Shown: positions 14,744 through 28,843 of the stretch, piece after piece
How positions within the stretch are numbered: position 1 is the first letter of the stretch
Layout: every line of letters starts with the position of its first letter
Notes under the pieces: model-generated
Seen by the model: the letters and a program-made list of their open reading frames with translations, nothing else
The model's database searches: none
What the model was told of the DNA's origin: nothing
Program-made: the position numbers and the translations under genes
Assembly (NCBI RefSeq): GCF_009914755.1
Contig: NC_060938.1
Reading direction: 5' to 3' (one strand)
Origin: the human T2T-CHM13v2.0 reference genome, Homo sapiens
DNA length: 64,000 nucleotides

Positions 14744-16920
14744 ATGCCCCTCTCCTCCCATAAAATTTGGAAAACAAAATATCTAGTCTCAGAAAAACAC
14801 AGCTCCTACTATGGCTCAAACCTATTTTATTATTGAAACTCATTGGTACCTAAGAGAAAGTGGACAGGTAGAGAAAAATCTGGTTTCCCCTGAGTCAGTT
14901 TGTGTCAGCTTTAAATACTCCACAATGTATGAACGTAAACCCAAGCAGTGTGTATGTGTTTGTGTGTGGCCGTGTGTGGTTCTCTGCTGGTATGTCAGTT
15001 TAGGGAATTAACTATAGCACTGGCTTCCATATTTGTCAGGGGAGGTGGGCTCTTGCAGGAGAGGGATCTGTTTTTGCTTGTTGTCATCTCTTATTGGAGA
15101 CCTTTTTCTTATAATAGAAATTTAGAATAGTCACAGCCACTGTCATTGGTGTTATTACAGAAACCTTTTCGGCATATTAAAAGTTTCTTAATTTCTATTT
15201 TCCTTCTAAATGCTGGGATTCTAGTGTTCTAGTTCTACACTGAGTGCAATGACATTGCTCCCACATTCTCTTGTGAACAGGCATTTTGAGTACTGGGTCA
15301 TTTGCCTGAGACCACTGCTTCTGGTAGAATTGCTGTGGTTTGGGTAACCCGTTTTCTAGGAGATACTTTCCCCTGGTCTACACATTTATTCAAGCTGGAG
15401 AATTATCCTCAGCTGATTCCACAAATGTAGCTCTGTTGGTGCTCTGAAGCCTGTGCCCGGAGGAGCCTGGTGAGAGCCAAGACCTGTGTCATGGTCTCCT
15501 GGAGGCTGCACTGCCTTTCCTCGGCTTTTAGAAGTTCCAGACTTGAATGGCATTTCTTTCTCCCATATCTTTTTCTCAAGTAGTGGGTTTTGGGTTTCCC
15601 TCAGTTCTTTATTTGGTTTCCCTCAGTTCTTCCATGCTCCTCCCTTTTATTATTCTCTCTAGGCTGATCCCTTTTCTTTAGTTTATATAGGGTGAACATT
15701 CTTCACTGCATCTGTGTATTGTCTTTCCTTTACATTCCCTTTTGCTTTTTGGCCTAGGCATTTATTTTGCAAAATTTTAAATTTTGGTTTTGGGGGTCTT
15801 CCATTGTGAGAGAGATGAAATTAAAAGATTCTATGCCTGCTAAATGTGATGATTGTTTTAGCAAACTTGTCCACTCTCACCATTCTGAGTTAGATAATCC
15901 CACCTAAAAGATAGTCTCCCATCAGACAAATATCTATGTCAGGCTTGTCCTGCCTGGCTCTCCTTTAATGTCTTCTATTTTTTGTGCCTTTTATTATATT
16001 TCTAATTCCTGAGCATGCATATTCTCTAAGAGAACAGACTGTCATCTGAAAACCCATCCAATAATTCTTTGAAAATTATACAGTCATCTTTTCAGTGTTC
16101 TCCTTTCAAATCTGTTTATATTTTATGCAATCTGTTCTTTAGCTTTCACAAACCTGGAGGAGGGTGTGCAACTGATCATCTGTTTGCTGAGGTCCTACTG
16201 CTCATCCCCTGATACATGGCTTTGGAGCCCTACTCATCATTTCTGATCTGAAAGCAACTAAAGCATCCGTCCTCTTCTCTGATGGCCACTCTCAAAATGG
16301 TTATGACTGGTACATCTTCTTTACCCTTTATCGCTGCCTGTTGCCTTCAGCATCTCATTTTCCCTTTAGCTTCTGTTTAGACTTTCTTTCCTTTAAGGAA
16401 ATCTATTTTTTTCCAACCAATCTCTCTCCTCCTGTTTTTTTTCTTTTTATTTTACCAGTGTTCCTGTTATGATAGCAAGACTAAAGCCCAGTTTTACATC
16501 AGTCCAGTTCCTCTTTGGTTTCTTAGCTGATATGACTCCAAAGCAACAGAGCTTTTGAGGTCCAAGAACTACCATTTTTAATTGCATTTTTGGGCTTTTG
16601 AATTTTTTATTCACCCTCAACAGGTGATATATTCTTTTTCAAATATTCATTCCTTATTTATCAATATAATCTACCCATGGTTAAATGAAATATTGGTTTC
16701 TGAAGTGCAAAGCCAGAAAAAAACCTATGCAATAAACAAACTCAGAGTTAATATGAGCCTACTTGGTGTCCAGTAACACTTAAGAGCCTGTATTTAAGTG
16801 AAATGAATCTAAGATGCTAGCATACCTCAGCCGGCCCAGGACAAAATTAAAGCGTAAGTAGGAATAAAATTTGGGGCATTACAATGTGTCCTACTAAGGT
16901 CTAGTACAGACAATCAAAAT

Positions 16921-18076
16921 TATTTTTTGTTGTGGTAAAGTAGGCATAACACAAAATTTATAATTTTAACCCTCTTTAAATTGCACATATTAGCACATAT
17001 TAGTGGCATTAAGTGTATTCACCTTGTTGTGCATCCCTCACAACGGTCCATCCAGAACTGTTTCCTTATCCCAAACTGAAACTCTGTATCCATTAAACAG
17101 TAACTTCTCCTTCCCCCAGCCCCCCAGCCCCTAGTAACCACTATTCTTTTTTCTGTCTCAATGAATTTGACTATTTTAGGTACCTCATATAAGTAGAATC
17201 ATAATATTTGTCCTATTTTCTGTCTGGCTTATTTCACATAGCATATCTTTAGGTTTCATCTGTATTGTATCATGTAGCAGAATTCTATCCTTTATAAGGC
17301 TGAATAATATCATATTGTATGTATATACCATTGTTGTATATACAGATGTTGTATGTGTAGAACATTTGGTTTATTCATTCATCCATCCATGGACATTTTG
17401 GTTATTTCACATTTTGGCTATTGTGAATAATGCTTCTCTGAACATTGGTGTATAAATATCTGTTTGAGTCCCTTTGGAGGGACTCATTCTCAGTTAAATA
17501 TTCTTTGGACTATATAAAAAAAGTAAATTGGCAGATCATGTGGTAATTATATATTTATTTTTTTGAGGAACCTCCCCACCGTGCTGTTTTTCACAATTTT
17601 ACATTCCCACCAGCCATGTACGAGGGTTTCAATTTCTCCACATTTTGCCAACTCTTGTTATGTAATATGTGAAGTGGTGTCTCATTGAGGTTTTGATTTG
17701 CATTTCCTAATGATTAGTGATGCTGAGCATCTTTTCATGTGCTTATTGGCCATTCGTATATCTTGTTTGGAGAAATGTTTATTCAAGTGCTTTGTTTGTC
17801 TTTAAATTAGTTTTTGTTGTTGTTTTGTTGAGTTGTAGGATTTCTTTGCATATTCTGGATATTTATCCTTCATCAAATATATGACTTGGAAATATTCTCT
17901 CCCATTCTGTGGGTTGCCTTTCTGCTCGGTTGATCGTGTCCTTTGCACAAATGTTTTTAACCTTGATAAAGGGTAATTCATCTATTTTTTTCTTTTGTTG
18001 TCTGTGCTTTTGGTGTGATGTCCAGGAGATCATTACCAAATCCAGTGTTATTAAGCTTTCTCCCTATATTTTCTTA
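16921..18076 (-). mobile_element. L1MB-like 3' end
   Basis: TTGTGGTAAAGTAGGCATAAC...AGGTACCTCATATAAGTAGAATC...TTGCATTTCCTAATGATTAGTGATGCTGAGCATC. Confidence 0.88.
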
Positions 18077-18119
18077 GCAATAAAAATATGAACTAATATC
18101 TCGTAAATGCTCTGTAGTA

Positions 18120-18444
18120 TGTGCCACTCAAGGATCTTAGGGCTGGGTCCACTGCAGTCACAAAAATATACTTCAGGCCAGAGAGGATGGAGTCAAGGAG
18201 GAGGGAGTAGAGGCCCTGTCAGGAAAGCAAGAATTTTCCAGAAATTTCCAGTAGGCTTTTGCTTCAATCTGTTGGCCAGAATGGGTAATGTTGCTTCTCT
18301 TGACTACAAGAGAGAGTATCTGGGAAATATATAAGGGTTTTATCATTGTTCATTTTTGAGCTGAGTACACCACCATCTAGAGTCTGTAGGTGAGGGTGAA
18401 GAAGAGAATTACGTAACAGTAGGTGGGCACATGGTGTCTGCAAC
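18120..18444 (-). mobile_element. Old MLT1 (MaLR) LTR fragment
   Basis: TTGGCCAGAATGGGT...TCTGGGAAAT...GTCTGCAACA terminus. Confidence 0.5.
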
Positions 18445-20834
18445 AAGTTTCAACTTTCTGTTGGTGTATCTGAAACTTCTTCAGTAGAATCATTTAAAAG
18501 TTTTGTGACATATAAACACATTCTTCTCTGGAGTTTAGAGTTGACATACCCTTTATCCTATTTTTATATTTAAGTTTGTTTCTGGGGATGGGAGGTTGAG
18601 AGTGGGGAGAAGGGAGGAGTCAGTGAGACCTGGGGCAGAATGGGTATATATGCCCATATCATGTTCTTTCTGGAGTTTATCAAATACACTGTTGGACTAC
18701 ATCTCTGAATAATGAATTTGTGTTCTTTTTTCTAAGAAGAATGTAAATATTCCATTCTTTCAAGTTTTACTATTTGACTGAGTTACTGTTGTAACTGTTG
18801 GAGCTCTGCAGACCACCAAGCAACTTGCCTTTGCTGCACTCAATGATTTGATACTGTTCACTGGACTCTAGTCCTCCCTGCATGGGTCTGCCTGCTCTAA
18901 GCAGGGTGCACATAGTCCGGCTAAGTGTAGAAAGCCTCTTTCCTACAATGAAACCTCAGACCTTCCTTCCTGCCTGCCTGTCTTGGAAATCCATTCTATT
19001 CCTTTTTAATCTGGTTTGGACACTTAAACACCAAATATAGCTGCTGATTGGGAAAGTGTTCTTGTCTGGCCCTACTTTTTTCTACAGAACTTCGGGACTT
19101 GAATCTCATTTCTGAATCACAGAGCTTGTATTTTCTTTAAGGTATTTTTGATAAGATATTGCAGGAATTGTGACTTCTTACATTTTATCTTTGTATATTG
19201 AGTTGCAAAGGAGATAAGTTAAACAGAAAAATTCATTTCAAAAACTAAACAATGAATGGAAAAAAATAAATGTAATAAATGTTTCTCTGTTTTCTGGGAA
19301 TTTCCTAGTTGAAAAGCCCTAAAAGTTATTATGTTGGTTTTTGGATTTTTCTAATATTGCATCATAAATAAAATATATGATATTACCTCTGTGTATAAGG
19401 AATTCTAACATATTTACAGTGAACCATTTTACAGCCTCTAATTTTGTTACATTTAATTTTCTTGTAAAGATCCTTTGGACCTTTTTTGACCATTTTATAT
19501 TACTCCAAAGCTGCAAAAAACTCAACAATGTGTCCTGTGGCTTCTTGGTCCTACATGGACCTCACAGCTGTGACCTCTTACCTTTAAATGGAAAATTCAA
19601 TCTCTACATCCTCCAGCCCTGTGAACAATAGAGCTCTTAATAAGGAGAAATTCAAGAAATTCAAGTGTAGTAACTCAGCATTTTTATCCTTTTGGCTTAT
19701 TTTACTGTATTTTTTTTACCTTAATCCTAAAACCTGGACATTGGCTTTTATTTTTCTATATCACAATGCCCCATATTAAGCTCTTTTTCCAGAAAATGAA
19801 TCCCTATTTCTCATTTCCTTCCCAGTGCACTGATTTCTCTGGGATTAACTTCCTGGGCCTAATTTCTGGGCCTCAGCAGCTCATTCCCTATATTTAGGCC
19901 AGCTTTATTCCTGTAAATATTATGGGATTGTGGAGTCAGTCTTCTGTTAACCCCTTGCTGGTTTAAATATCGAACTAGACACTTTCTGAGAAACTGTGAC
20001 TTCAGAGGCGAGTTCTTTTAATTCAGTGTTTATGCTTCTGAGGTGATATGACTGGAGAACATGAAGAGTGATGAGTTTGCATGGAGAAATTTGACAGCAA
20101 CAAATGACTGTGTCCTAAAGTATGCATATCCCTTGCCTGCTTTGTTTTATTTTGTAAGCCAACAAAAATGGATGTATATTCTTTTCATATAATACAATGA
20201 AAAGTTAAAGTTACAGTAATATTCTATCCAGAGAGGTAGTATGATTAAATCTTCCCTATAGAATTACATTTTGCTATACACTAACTCAATACATGCTTAC
20301 TTACAACAACTATGAATACTGTGCCATGGGTTTTCACAGCAATTTTTTTTCCACTTAGGAACTTTTAATTAGGGTGGCCAAAAGATACTTTCTATCTTGC
20401 TTTGGTCTATAGTCCTGTCCTTCTGTGCCAATGCAACTATTCAAAGTTGCAGGTCTTAAGCCTTTATTCGTTTATATAACATTACATTTCCTTCTATACT
20501 TCTATACATTTCCTTCTATACTCTCTATAACTTGCCAATTTCATGCTTTGTTTATTCATTTTATTATATTTAATAGCTGTATTTAGTTTTAGTTCTCTTT
20601 TTTTTAAGATCTGCCAGCTTTGATTCTGTATTTTCTTGCCCCGAGAAATTGCTGTGATGATGAGGGGTATTTCAAATATATTTTGGTGGGAACAGTTATG
20701 TCCACATTGTATTCTGAGCTGAAAACAGATTTCCCATAAGAGAGAAAGATGACAAATATGATATTTCTTCTGTAATATCATCATGCAACTGTTTTTAGAG
20801 TAACTGAGGGGTTTGTTTTTCTTCTCATTCTCTT

Positions 20835-20952
20835 ATTTATTCATTCATTAAATAAATATTTATGGGATGTCAACTAGTGCCTGACATTTTTCTAGGCACT
20901 TGGGATTCAGCAATGACCAAATTCCTGCTTGTGTGGAGCTTACATTCTAGTT
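20835..20952 (-). mobile_element. L2 3' fragment
   Basis: TTCATTCATTAAATAAATATTTAT...CTAGGCACTTGGGA...GGAGCTTACATTCTAG. Confidence 0.75.
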
Positions 20953-21478
20953 CAGGGGTCCTCAAACTGCTGCATATTAGAATTGCTTGGGGGAGATTTT
21001 AAGTCTACTGATGGCTAGGTTTTGCCTTGTGCCAATGGAATCATAATGGAGGTGGTCAACACAGGCATCAGTATGTCTTTGGAAATTTCTGAGGTGATTT
21101 CAAAGTGCATCTAAAATTTGAGACCATTAACGTATAGCAGGGGTTATCACATTTTAGCATGCATCAGAATACCAGGAGGATTTATTAAAAGTTAAAATAG
21201 CTTCTAATTCAATAGCCTAAAGGCAGGCCCAGGAATTTGCATTTTAAACAAGTTCCCTGATATTGCTGATGCTGCTGATTTGGGGACTAAACTTTGAAAG
21301 TAACTGAGATAGAGCCTGGATGCTCAGTGTGTGGTAGTGGATCAGCCGTGTGGGCCTTGCCTAGGAGCTTGTTAGAAGTGCAGAATCTCAGGCTCCGCCC
21401 CAGACTAAAGAGCCAGAATCTGTTTTAACAAGATCTCCAGGTGACTCAAATGTGCATTAAAGTTTGAGAAGGTTTGCC
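20953..21478. mobile_element. Three adjacent MER5-family hAT-Charlie MITEs (about 20953-21128, 21138-21307, 21315-21478)
   Basis: MER5 motifs: GCATCAGAAT, GGCCCAGGAATTTGCATTTTAAACAAGTTCCC, CTTGTTAGAAGTGCAGAATCTCAGGC, AAAGTTTGAGAA. Confidence 0.75.
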
Positions 21479-21498
21479 TTAGTGGACTTTTTAATGTG

Positions 21499-22011
21499 TG
21501 TATTAGTCAGGGTTCTCTAGAGGGACAGAACTAATAGAATATGTAATAGATATATGGAAGTTTGTTTGTTTATTTATTTTGAGACAGCCTCACTCTGCTG
21601 CCAGGCTGGAGTGCAGATAAAGGGAAGCTTATTAAGTATTAACTCACACGATCACAATGTCTCACAATAGGTCATCTGCAAACTGAGGAGCAAGGATAAG
21701 CCAGTCCAACTCCCAAAACTGAAGAACTTGGAGTCCAATATTTGAGGGCAAGAAGCATCCAGCACGGGAGAAAGATGTAGGCTGGTAGGCTAGGCCAGTC
21801 TAGTCTTTTCAGGTTTTTCTGTCTGCTTTATATTTTCGCCACACTGGCAGCTGATTAGATGGTGCCCACCTAGATTAATGGTGGGTCTGCTTGTCCCAGG
21901 CCACTGAGTCAAATGTTAATCTCCTTTGGCAACACCCTCACAGACACACCCAGGATCAATACTTTGCATCCTTCAATCCAGTCAAGTTAGCACTGAGGAT
22001 TAACCCCCACA
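21499..22011 (-). mobile_element. MLT2A1-like (HERV-L) solo LTR
   Basis: TGTATTAGTCAGGGTTCTCTAGAGGGACAGAACTAATAG start; exact 5-bp TSD ATGTG. Confidence 0.9.
21561..21615 (-). mobile_element. Extremely 5'-truncated Alu inside the MLT2A1-like LTR
   Basis: T-rich tail then GAGACAGCCTCACTCTGCTGCCAGGCTGGAGTGCA, with degenerate TSD. Confidence 0.75.
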
Positions 22012-22164
22012 ATGTGCATGTCACCCAAACTACAGATTTATTCCTGACTCTTGAATATATTCCATTAAAATAAGCTGATATCACACAGATTTTGGAAACA
22101 AAACAGTGTAGTGGTAATTTATAATGAGGTCATCTGTTCCTATGTTTTTTTTTCCGCTACAAAG

Positions 22165-22843
22165 GCTTATGGTGGTAAATACAAAATGACAAGATGCTTA
22201 ATTCTCCCTGGTGAATATAAGAGACTCTTGTTTTCTTTTCTTAGAACATTTCCTTCAAAAAAATTGTAACATCTTTCTCTGTCTCTGAAACATATGTAAA
22301 ACTTTTAAAAACCTAAATACAACTCTAGCCAGCTTATGAACAAGGAATGTCTTTCTCAAGGATACAAGAACCATCTCTTTGAGATATGATCAAGGAAGAT
22401 AATGCCCCTGTCTCCCAGTTTCTGGGGGGAGGTAGGACCTTAACTTTGGTGAGCCCCTCTCTCTCTCTAAATTTCAGAACTACCTTTTGTCATAAAGCTG
22501 TAAAAAGTTTATGGATAAAGCCAACTAGCTAACACAGAAGGTTATGTCAACTATCTACTGAATTTAGAACAAACTGTATGTGACAAACAATGCTGTCAAC
22601 TCCTCTTAGCTGAAGACTAGTTATTACCTTGAGAACAAGTATGTAATGGGTCTAGTCTGCTTGACTATATAAAAGGGTGAGATTTCTTTGTCTTTGCATT
22701 CTCTTGGCAGATTGCCTGTGATGGGCATCACGATCTAGTTTAATGATTATTCAATAATAAAATTATCTTTTTTCTTTTCTACCTTTGTGGAGAAGTTTTC
22801 TAGTTGGGGAGGAAATTCTATTTTTATTTATAGCTCCCCAAAA
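22165..22843 (+). mobile_element. ERV1-class (MER4-group-like) solo LTR
   Basis: GGAATGTCTTTCTCAAGGA...TCTCCCAGTTTCTG motifs; TATATAAAA near 22666; AATAAA near 22755. Confidence 0.6.
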
Positions 22844-22928
22844 GAATCAAGTCAATCATTTATTAACTTTCCAGACCACTCTTCTCTTGCTAACCAGTCA
22901 TAGCATACATTCTGCATATATGACATTT
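22799..22928 (+). repeat. Copy 1 (donor) of 130-bp dispersed direct duplication
   Basis: 126/130 identical to 25156-25285. Confidence 0.95.
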
Positions 22929-23244
22929 TTTGAGAGTGAATGAAGATTAGAGAGAATATACAGAATATATTATATGCTAGAGAATATATTATTAATCTTA
23001 TAAAAATGAAACATCCTAATTCAGATCTTCAGTTTCTATATATAAAAGTAGAGACAATAGTATAACACCCCTTTACTTATCTTCCAGCTTCAGCAATTAT
23101 CAAGATTTCTCCAATCTTATTTCATCTATATCCACTTTTATTTTTGTTTTTTGGCTGTGGTGTTTTAATACAAAATTTAGGTGTATCATTTAATCTGGAA
23201 ACACTTCAATATGTATTTCTAACATATTATTAAAAAAAAACATA

Positions 23245-23620
23245 ACTATTCACAATAGCCAAAAGGTGGAAAAAGCACAAATGTCCATTAATGAATAAAT
23301 GGATAAATTGTGGAACATACATACAATGGAATATTATTTAGCCATAAAATGAAGTACTGATATGTGCTACAAGGTGAATGAACCCCCAGAACTTGATGCT
23401 AAGTGGAAGCAGGTAGATGCAAAAAGTCAGATATTGTATGACTCTATTTATATGAAATGTCCATAATAGATCATTCTGTAGAGACAATGCATATTGGTGT
23501 TTGTCAGGGCCTAGGAGAAAGGAAGAATGCAGAGAAACTGCTTAACTGGTAAGAGTAACTTTGAGGTGATGAAACGGTTTTGGAACTAAGTGGAGGTTAT
23601 ACAGCATTTTGAATGGAAAC
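23245..23620 (+). mobile_element. L1M (MB/MC-like) 3' fragment
   Basis: TATTCACAATAGCCAAAAGGTGGAAA...ATGGAATATTATTTAGCCATAAAA. Confidence 0.85.
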
Positions 23621-24329
23621 TTTTTAGTCCTTCAGAATCTCGTATGGAACACTAACAAGTGAAGAAGTAAATATTGGAAGCAGTTACAAATCATGAAAGT
23701 TTATAATGAGAGCATTGGGCTGAGAGAGAAAATCATTGGGAAATTCTTTAGATGACACTGTCAAGGAACACCTTTCTGAGGTTGTAATATTTAAAACGAG
23801 GCCAAGACGTTGAAGAGAAAAGTTTCCAGTAGAGTCAAGGGTCTTGAGAAAGAAGAAGTTGCATGTTTGAGAAACTAAGTGCAGGTGTGGGTAGTGGGTG
23901 TGTCTGTGCAGGCTTTCCCAGCAATCTAAATGGGTCTGTATCTGGCTAACAGTGTAATTGGATAAATGGAGCTTAGTTATTCAGTTCATGAATGAATAAT
24001 GAGTTGTCATGTACTTTTCTCTTAAATCGTGGTGAAATGAGGATATTTATCTAGACTGGGGCAGGGACAACTGCCTTTTTATTTCTCTAACACTCTACTC
24101 ATCCCTTAACTGCATGAGACCAAAAGGTCTGAATAATGTTGATAATGTTGGATTAGGATACAGTAATTAAAACAATTTCTAAAGAAAAGGATAGGTTGAA
24201 GAAACTGTAAAGCTAGAATATCTTAGGAATCTAGGGTCAGAGAAGTAGAGGACTAGAGAGAGAGGGATGGGGACAGCAAGGGGCAGAAAATATTTAAGCA
24301 AATGGAAGGAAACTGTCTTCTCTAGTGCA

Positions 24330-24535
24330 AGATAGATAGAATGGGTTTGGTATAAACTCTGCCCCCTCTAGCTGTGTGCCCATCAGCAAATCGTTTTACC
24401 TCTGGAAGCATCAGCTGTGGAATGGCAATCATCATAATAGTACTTATTCTACAGGGATTATGTGAGCTTTAAATCAGATCATGATTGAAACTGGCTTAGC
24501 AGATTGCCTGGTACAAAGTAAACCCTTAAATGTTT
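24330..24535 (+). mobile_element. MIR
   Basis: CTCTGCCCCCTCTAGCTGTGTG...ACAGGGATTATGTGAG...TGCCTGGTACAAAGTAA. Confidence 0.7.
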
Positions 24536-25155
24536 ACTTCTGCTGTGGATATTATACATTTTTTTGGCTCCTCAGCTTTTTGACCCCTCTCAAATTCATG
24601 TTTTGTCTCATGGTTTTATACCTTGAATTCCTATTTTGGTGTTCTTCTTTCGGGGCTTTAAAAAATGCTCCCATAGAGAAAATTGTTTAAGTCTCTGAAC
24701 AGCCCAGGTTTTCTCTTCAACCTCTTAGTGCATGTTAAATAAATGAGGAGCTTCTTACCTCATTTATGTTACTATAGTCGGTATATTTTGACTCAAAACA
24801 GTAAAATGGTAGTCAGTACCTTTACACATACAAACAGCAAAATGGTAATTGAAATCAACCATTATTAAAAATACCGAGTTGTTTATATGTATTAAGTAGC
24901 TCAGATGCTTTTGTGTGTGGAAACTCTGGCTTACTTAGAAGATTCAGTACCAATTATAAATAATTTATTGAGTACCAGTTGCAAACAAAGCATGATGTTA
25001 AATGCATTTGAGGAAGTGGAGATGAATTAGGTACAAAGAATATAAGTGTAATATTTCTAGCATTTTGCTACCATCTTTAACATTTATTATCTGATTTGAC
25101 TCATAGCAAATTTTATGAATTTATTTCATTTCATAGATGAATATATATGTATTCA

Positions 25156-25285
25156 TCTAGGTGGGGAGGAAATTCTATTTTTATTTATAGTTCCCCAAAA
25201 GAGTCAAGTCAATCATTTATTAACTTTCCAGACCGCTCTTCTCTTGCTAACCAGTCATAGCATACATTCTGCATATATGACATTT
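25156..25285 (+). repeat. Copy 2 of 130-bp dispersed direct duplication
   Basis: Offset 2357 bp from copy 1; flanked by TA-rich runs. Confidence 0.95.
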
Positions 25286-25286
25286 A

Positions 25287-25664
<378 letters not shown>

Positions 25665-26075
25665 TCACATAGGCATCCAGAGAGATAAAACATACTCATT
25701 TATTAGCAACTGAGGCTAGGCAAAACCTAAGTAACAAGGCTATAAGCTCTAAACAATACAAGATACTGAATGTAGTAGAAAATTCCTAAGAATTTTTAGT
25801 CCAAAGATAATATGCTTAAGTCTCAGCTCTGCATTTACTACCTTTGGAGCCTTGAATGAGGTCACTTAACCTTGTTGAGCTTTAATTCCCTCATCATCTT
25901 TTCATGAAGATAAAAATATATGATATAGTGAAGCCACTGAGAAAAGGAAAATTCTCTAAAAGTATAACAGCATTCCATCAATTGTAAGATGTTGATTTAA
26001 TATTTACAAAATAACACTTTAAATTTTGATAATTTTCACATACATCATATTAAAATATTTAAGGAATGCTTTATA

Positions 26076-26155
26076 TTAGGTTGGTACAAAAGTAATCATG
26101 GCTTTTGCTATTGAAAGTAATGGCAAAAACCACAATTACTTTTGCACTGACCGAA
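26076..26155. mobile_element. MADE1 (Hsmar1-derived 80-bp MITE)
   Basis: TTAGGTTGGTACAAAAGTAAT...ATTACTTTTGCACTGACCGAA imperfect palindrome, 80 bp, TA on both sides. Confidence 0.92.
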
Positions 26156-28434
26156 TACAACTGATGTCAGATAGGTTTCACGTACTTTCATATAAGATGG
26201 TTTTGCTGTGAAACCCTTTTACAGTAGGCAGCTTACTTACTTTAAGGAACATTATTTATCCTGTTGTTTATCTGAATCCATGTAATGAGAAGGCACATTA
26301 TAGTTCTGCCATATCTTATGTATTATTATTTAAAAGATCTTTAAAAACTACTCTTATGCTCTCCTTTGGATTCTAGAGATTAGTTAAGTTCCTTAGTATG
26401 GTAGGTACCTTTAAAAAGATTCTTTGTTATGAGGCCCTCAAATACTTGTAATAAAGTTTTATTCCTCTCTACCATTTGAGAACTTTAGTTACCAGAAACA
26501 ATCAATATATTTCCAAAAGTGCTGATTAGGGAATATCCTGCTAATTGCTTTTGATTTACCTTAAAGAAAGCAAGTAGCAGCTCAAGTTTTATCTTTGGGG
26601 ATATGAACATTCTTATGAGCAAACTTGAGTTTTTGGTCCTAAAATTTATCATAGAGAAAACAATTCTTCTAATCCCCATGAACATGTTTGAAGAGTTAGG
26701 CTGATGTTTTTCTCACATCTTTTTCCCCTGAGACACACAGTATATACGGCCTTCCTTCGTGGGGGATTAGGATTCATAAGTACTTTCATATTTAGTAACT
26801 ATGAGAGTCTAAACTGATGATTAATAGTAGAGCATCATTTAAAAAAATGTGTAGCTGAAGGCAGAAAATAAAGTGCTGATTGGTTCATTAAGCAATTCAA
26901 TCCCAAACCATAAAAAGTTTAAGTTTAATCCTGCCTGAAGCCTGACTGATCCTGTCATAAACACTTTTCATAAACCTTCCACTTAAACCTGGTCTTGTGG
27001 TTTTATTAAGCTAACAATAATTCAAAATGACACACCATGTAGCAATATAAATCTGTAAGATGGAAATCATAAAACGTATACCATTACAAAACCCTTAAGT
27101 AATTATGTAAAAATGCAGTATCTTTTAGTTAGGTATGTTTTTCTGAATTGCAGCTTCTGGCTTGGTTAACAGAAATGTTGACCGTAACACTCTCTCAATG
27201 TGTTGATATTCCTGAAGGAAAAGAAAGAAAAATTGAGATAGCCACTGACAAAAAGTTCTGGAGTTCAGAAAGCCTTATTTGCAAAATTCAGGGAGTTATT
27301 TAAAGAAGACCTAGTTTATATTTTCTAGGAGGACTCCTCTTCCATGTTGCTATGTGGCACTTTTAGCTCTTGGGTTTAATGGCTATATTGATATTCTATA
27401 GATACACTTAGGGGCTCTGGGCAATAGGCACACTTTCAGAAACTCAAATGAACTCTCAAATGCCAGACTATTTTTTTGGGGGGGAGTTTCTTAGTTCTCA
27501 ATCTAGGGGTTAGATGAACTCTCAAACTAGATCATAAGAGTAAACCTTAGAAATGTATTACTCCAATCCTGTTATTTGGGACGGAAGACTGCATCTCTAT
27601 TTAATAAGGGGCAGAGAGAGACATTTCCAAGAATAAGCCTAGAAGGAGTCCATAAGAGCTAGAGGGTTTGTTCTCATATCCCTGCCATAGTCACTCAACA
27701 GAAGCAGTCTGCTCTTAAATAAAAGGGAGCCTTGAGCAAAAGTTCAAATGCTTACTGTTGAACCCATGGGACATTTATGCTTTTATAAGACAGTTGTTGG
27801 CGAAATATCTGAAGCCATAGAGTTTTTTCCCCTGCCCGTGCTTTATGGGTCTAGACTGACCGTACGTAAGAAAAAAAATCCACTTTCATGTGATGGGATG
27901 AAAGCCAAAGTGCATTACACATTGTGCTTTAGGATGGTCACAACTATAACTCAGTAAGACGCGTGTGTAATTATTTGTCGAGGATCTTCTCTTCTGATAG
28001 ATTTTGAACTCCTCTCTAGTGTTTAGTTCAGTGCTTGGTGCATGGTGGGTGGTCACTGAGAATTTGTTGAATGATTTAATCACTAAGGATATGTATACAA
28101 TGGAAAGGGAAATACGACATTTTGAATGTTACCCACTTCCGTGACCAAATATTGGCATTCAAACTTCATTCTAAAGCAGTTGCTTTTTAAGGGGAGTGTG
28201 TGCATCAGTGTTTCAGTTTGTGTTTGGTGGATACTTGTGCAGTGTTTGTAGCATCAATTAGGTGGAAGATCATAATTACTGCATATTTTATTTAGTAATT
28301 TGTTAAAAATATAGTAAAGAAATAAAATTTAGCATTCTTACATGGAAGTTTAAGATATCTGCAATAGGTCCTATACTTTCCTTATCAGATTATCTGTCTT
28401 TCTCAAAAAAAGCTTGCATTCTGTCAGTCTTTCA

Positions 28435-28843
<409 letters not shown>

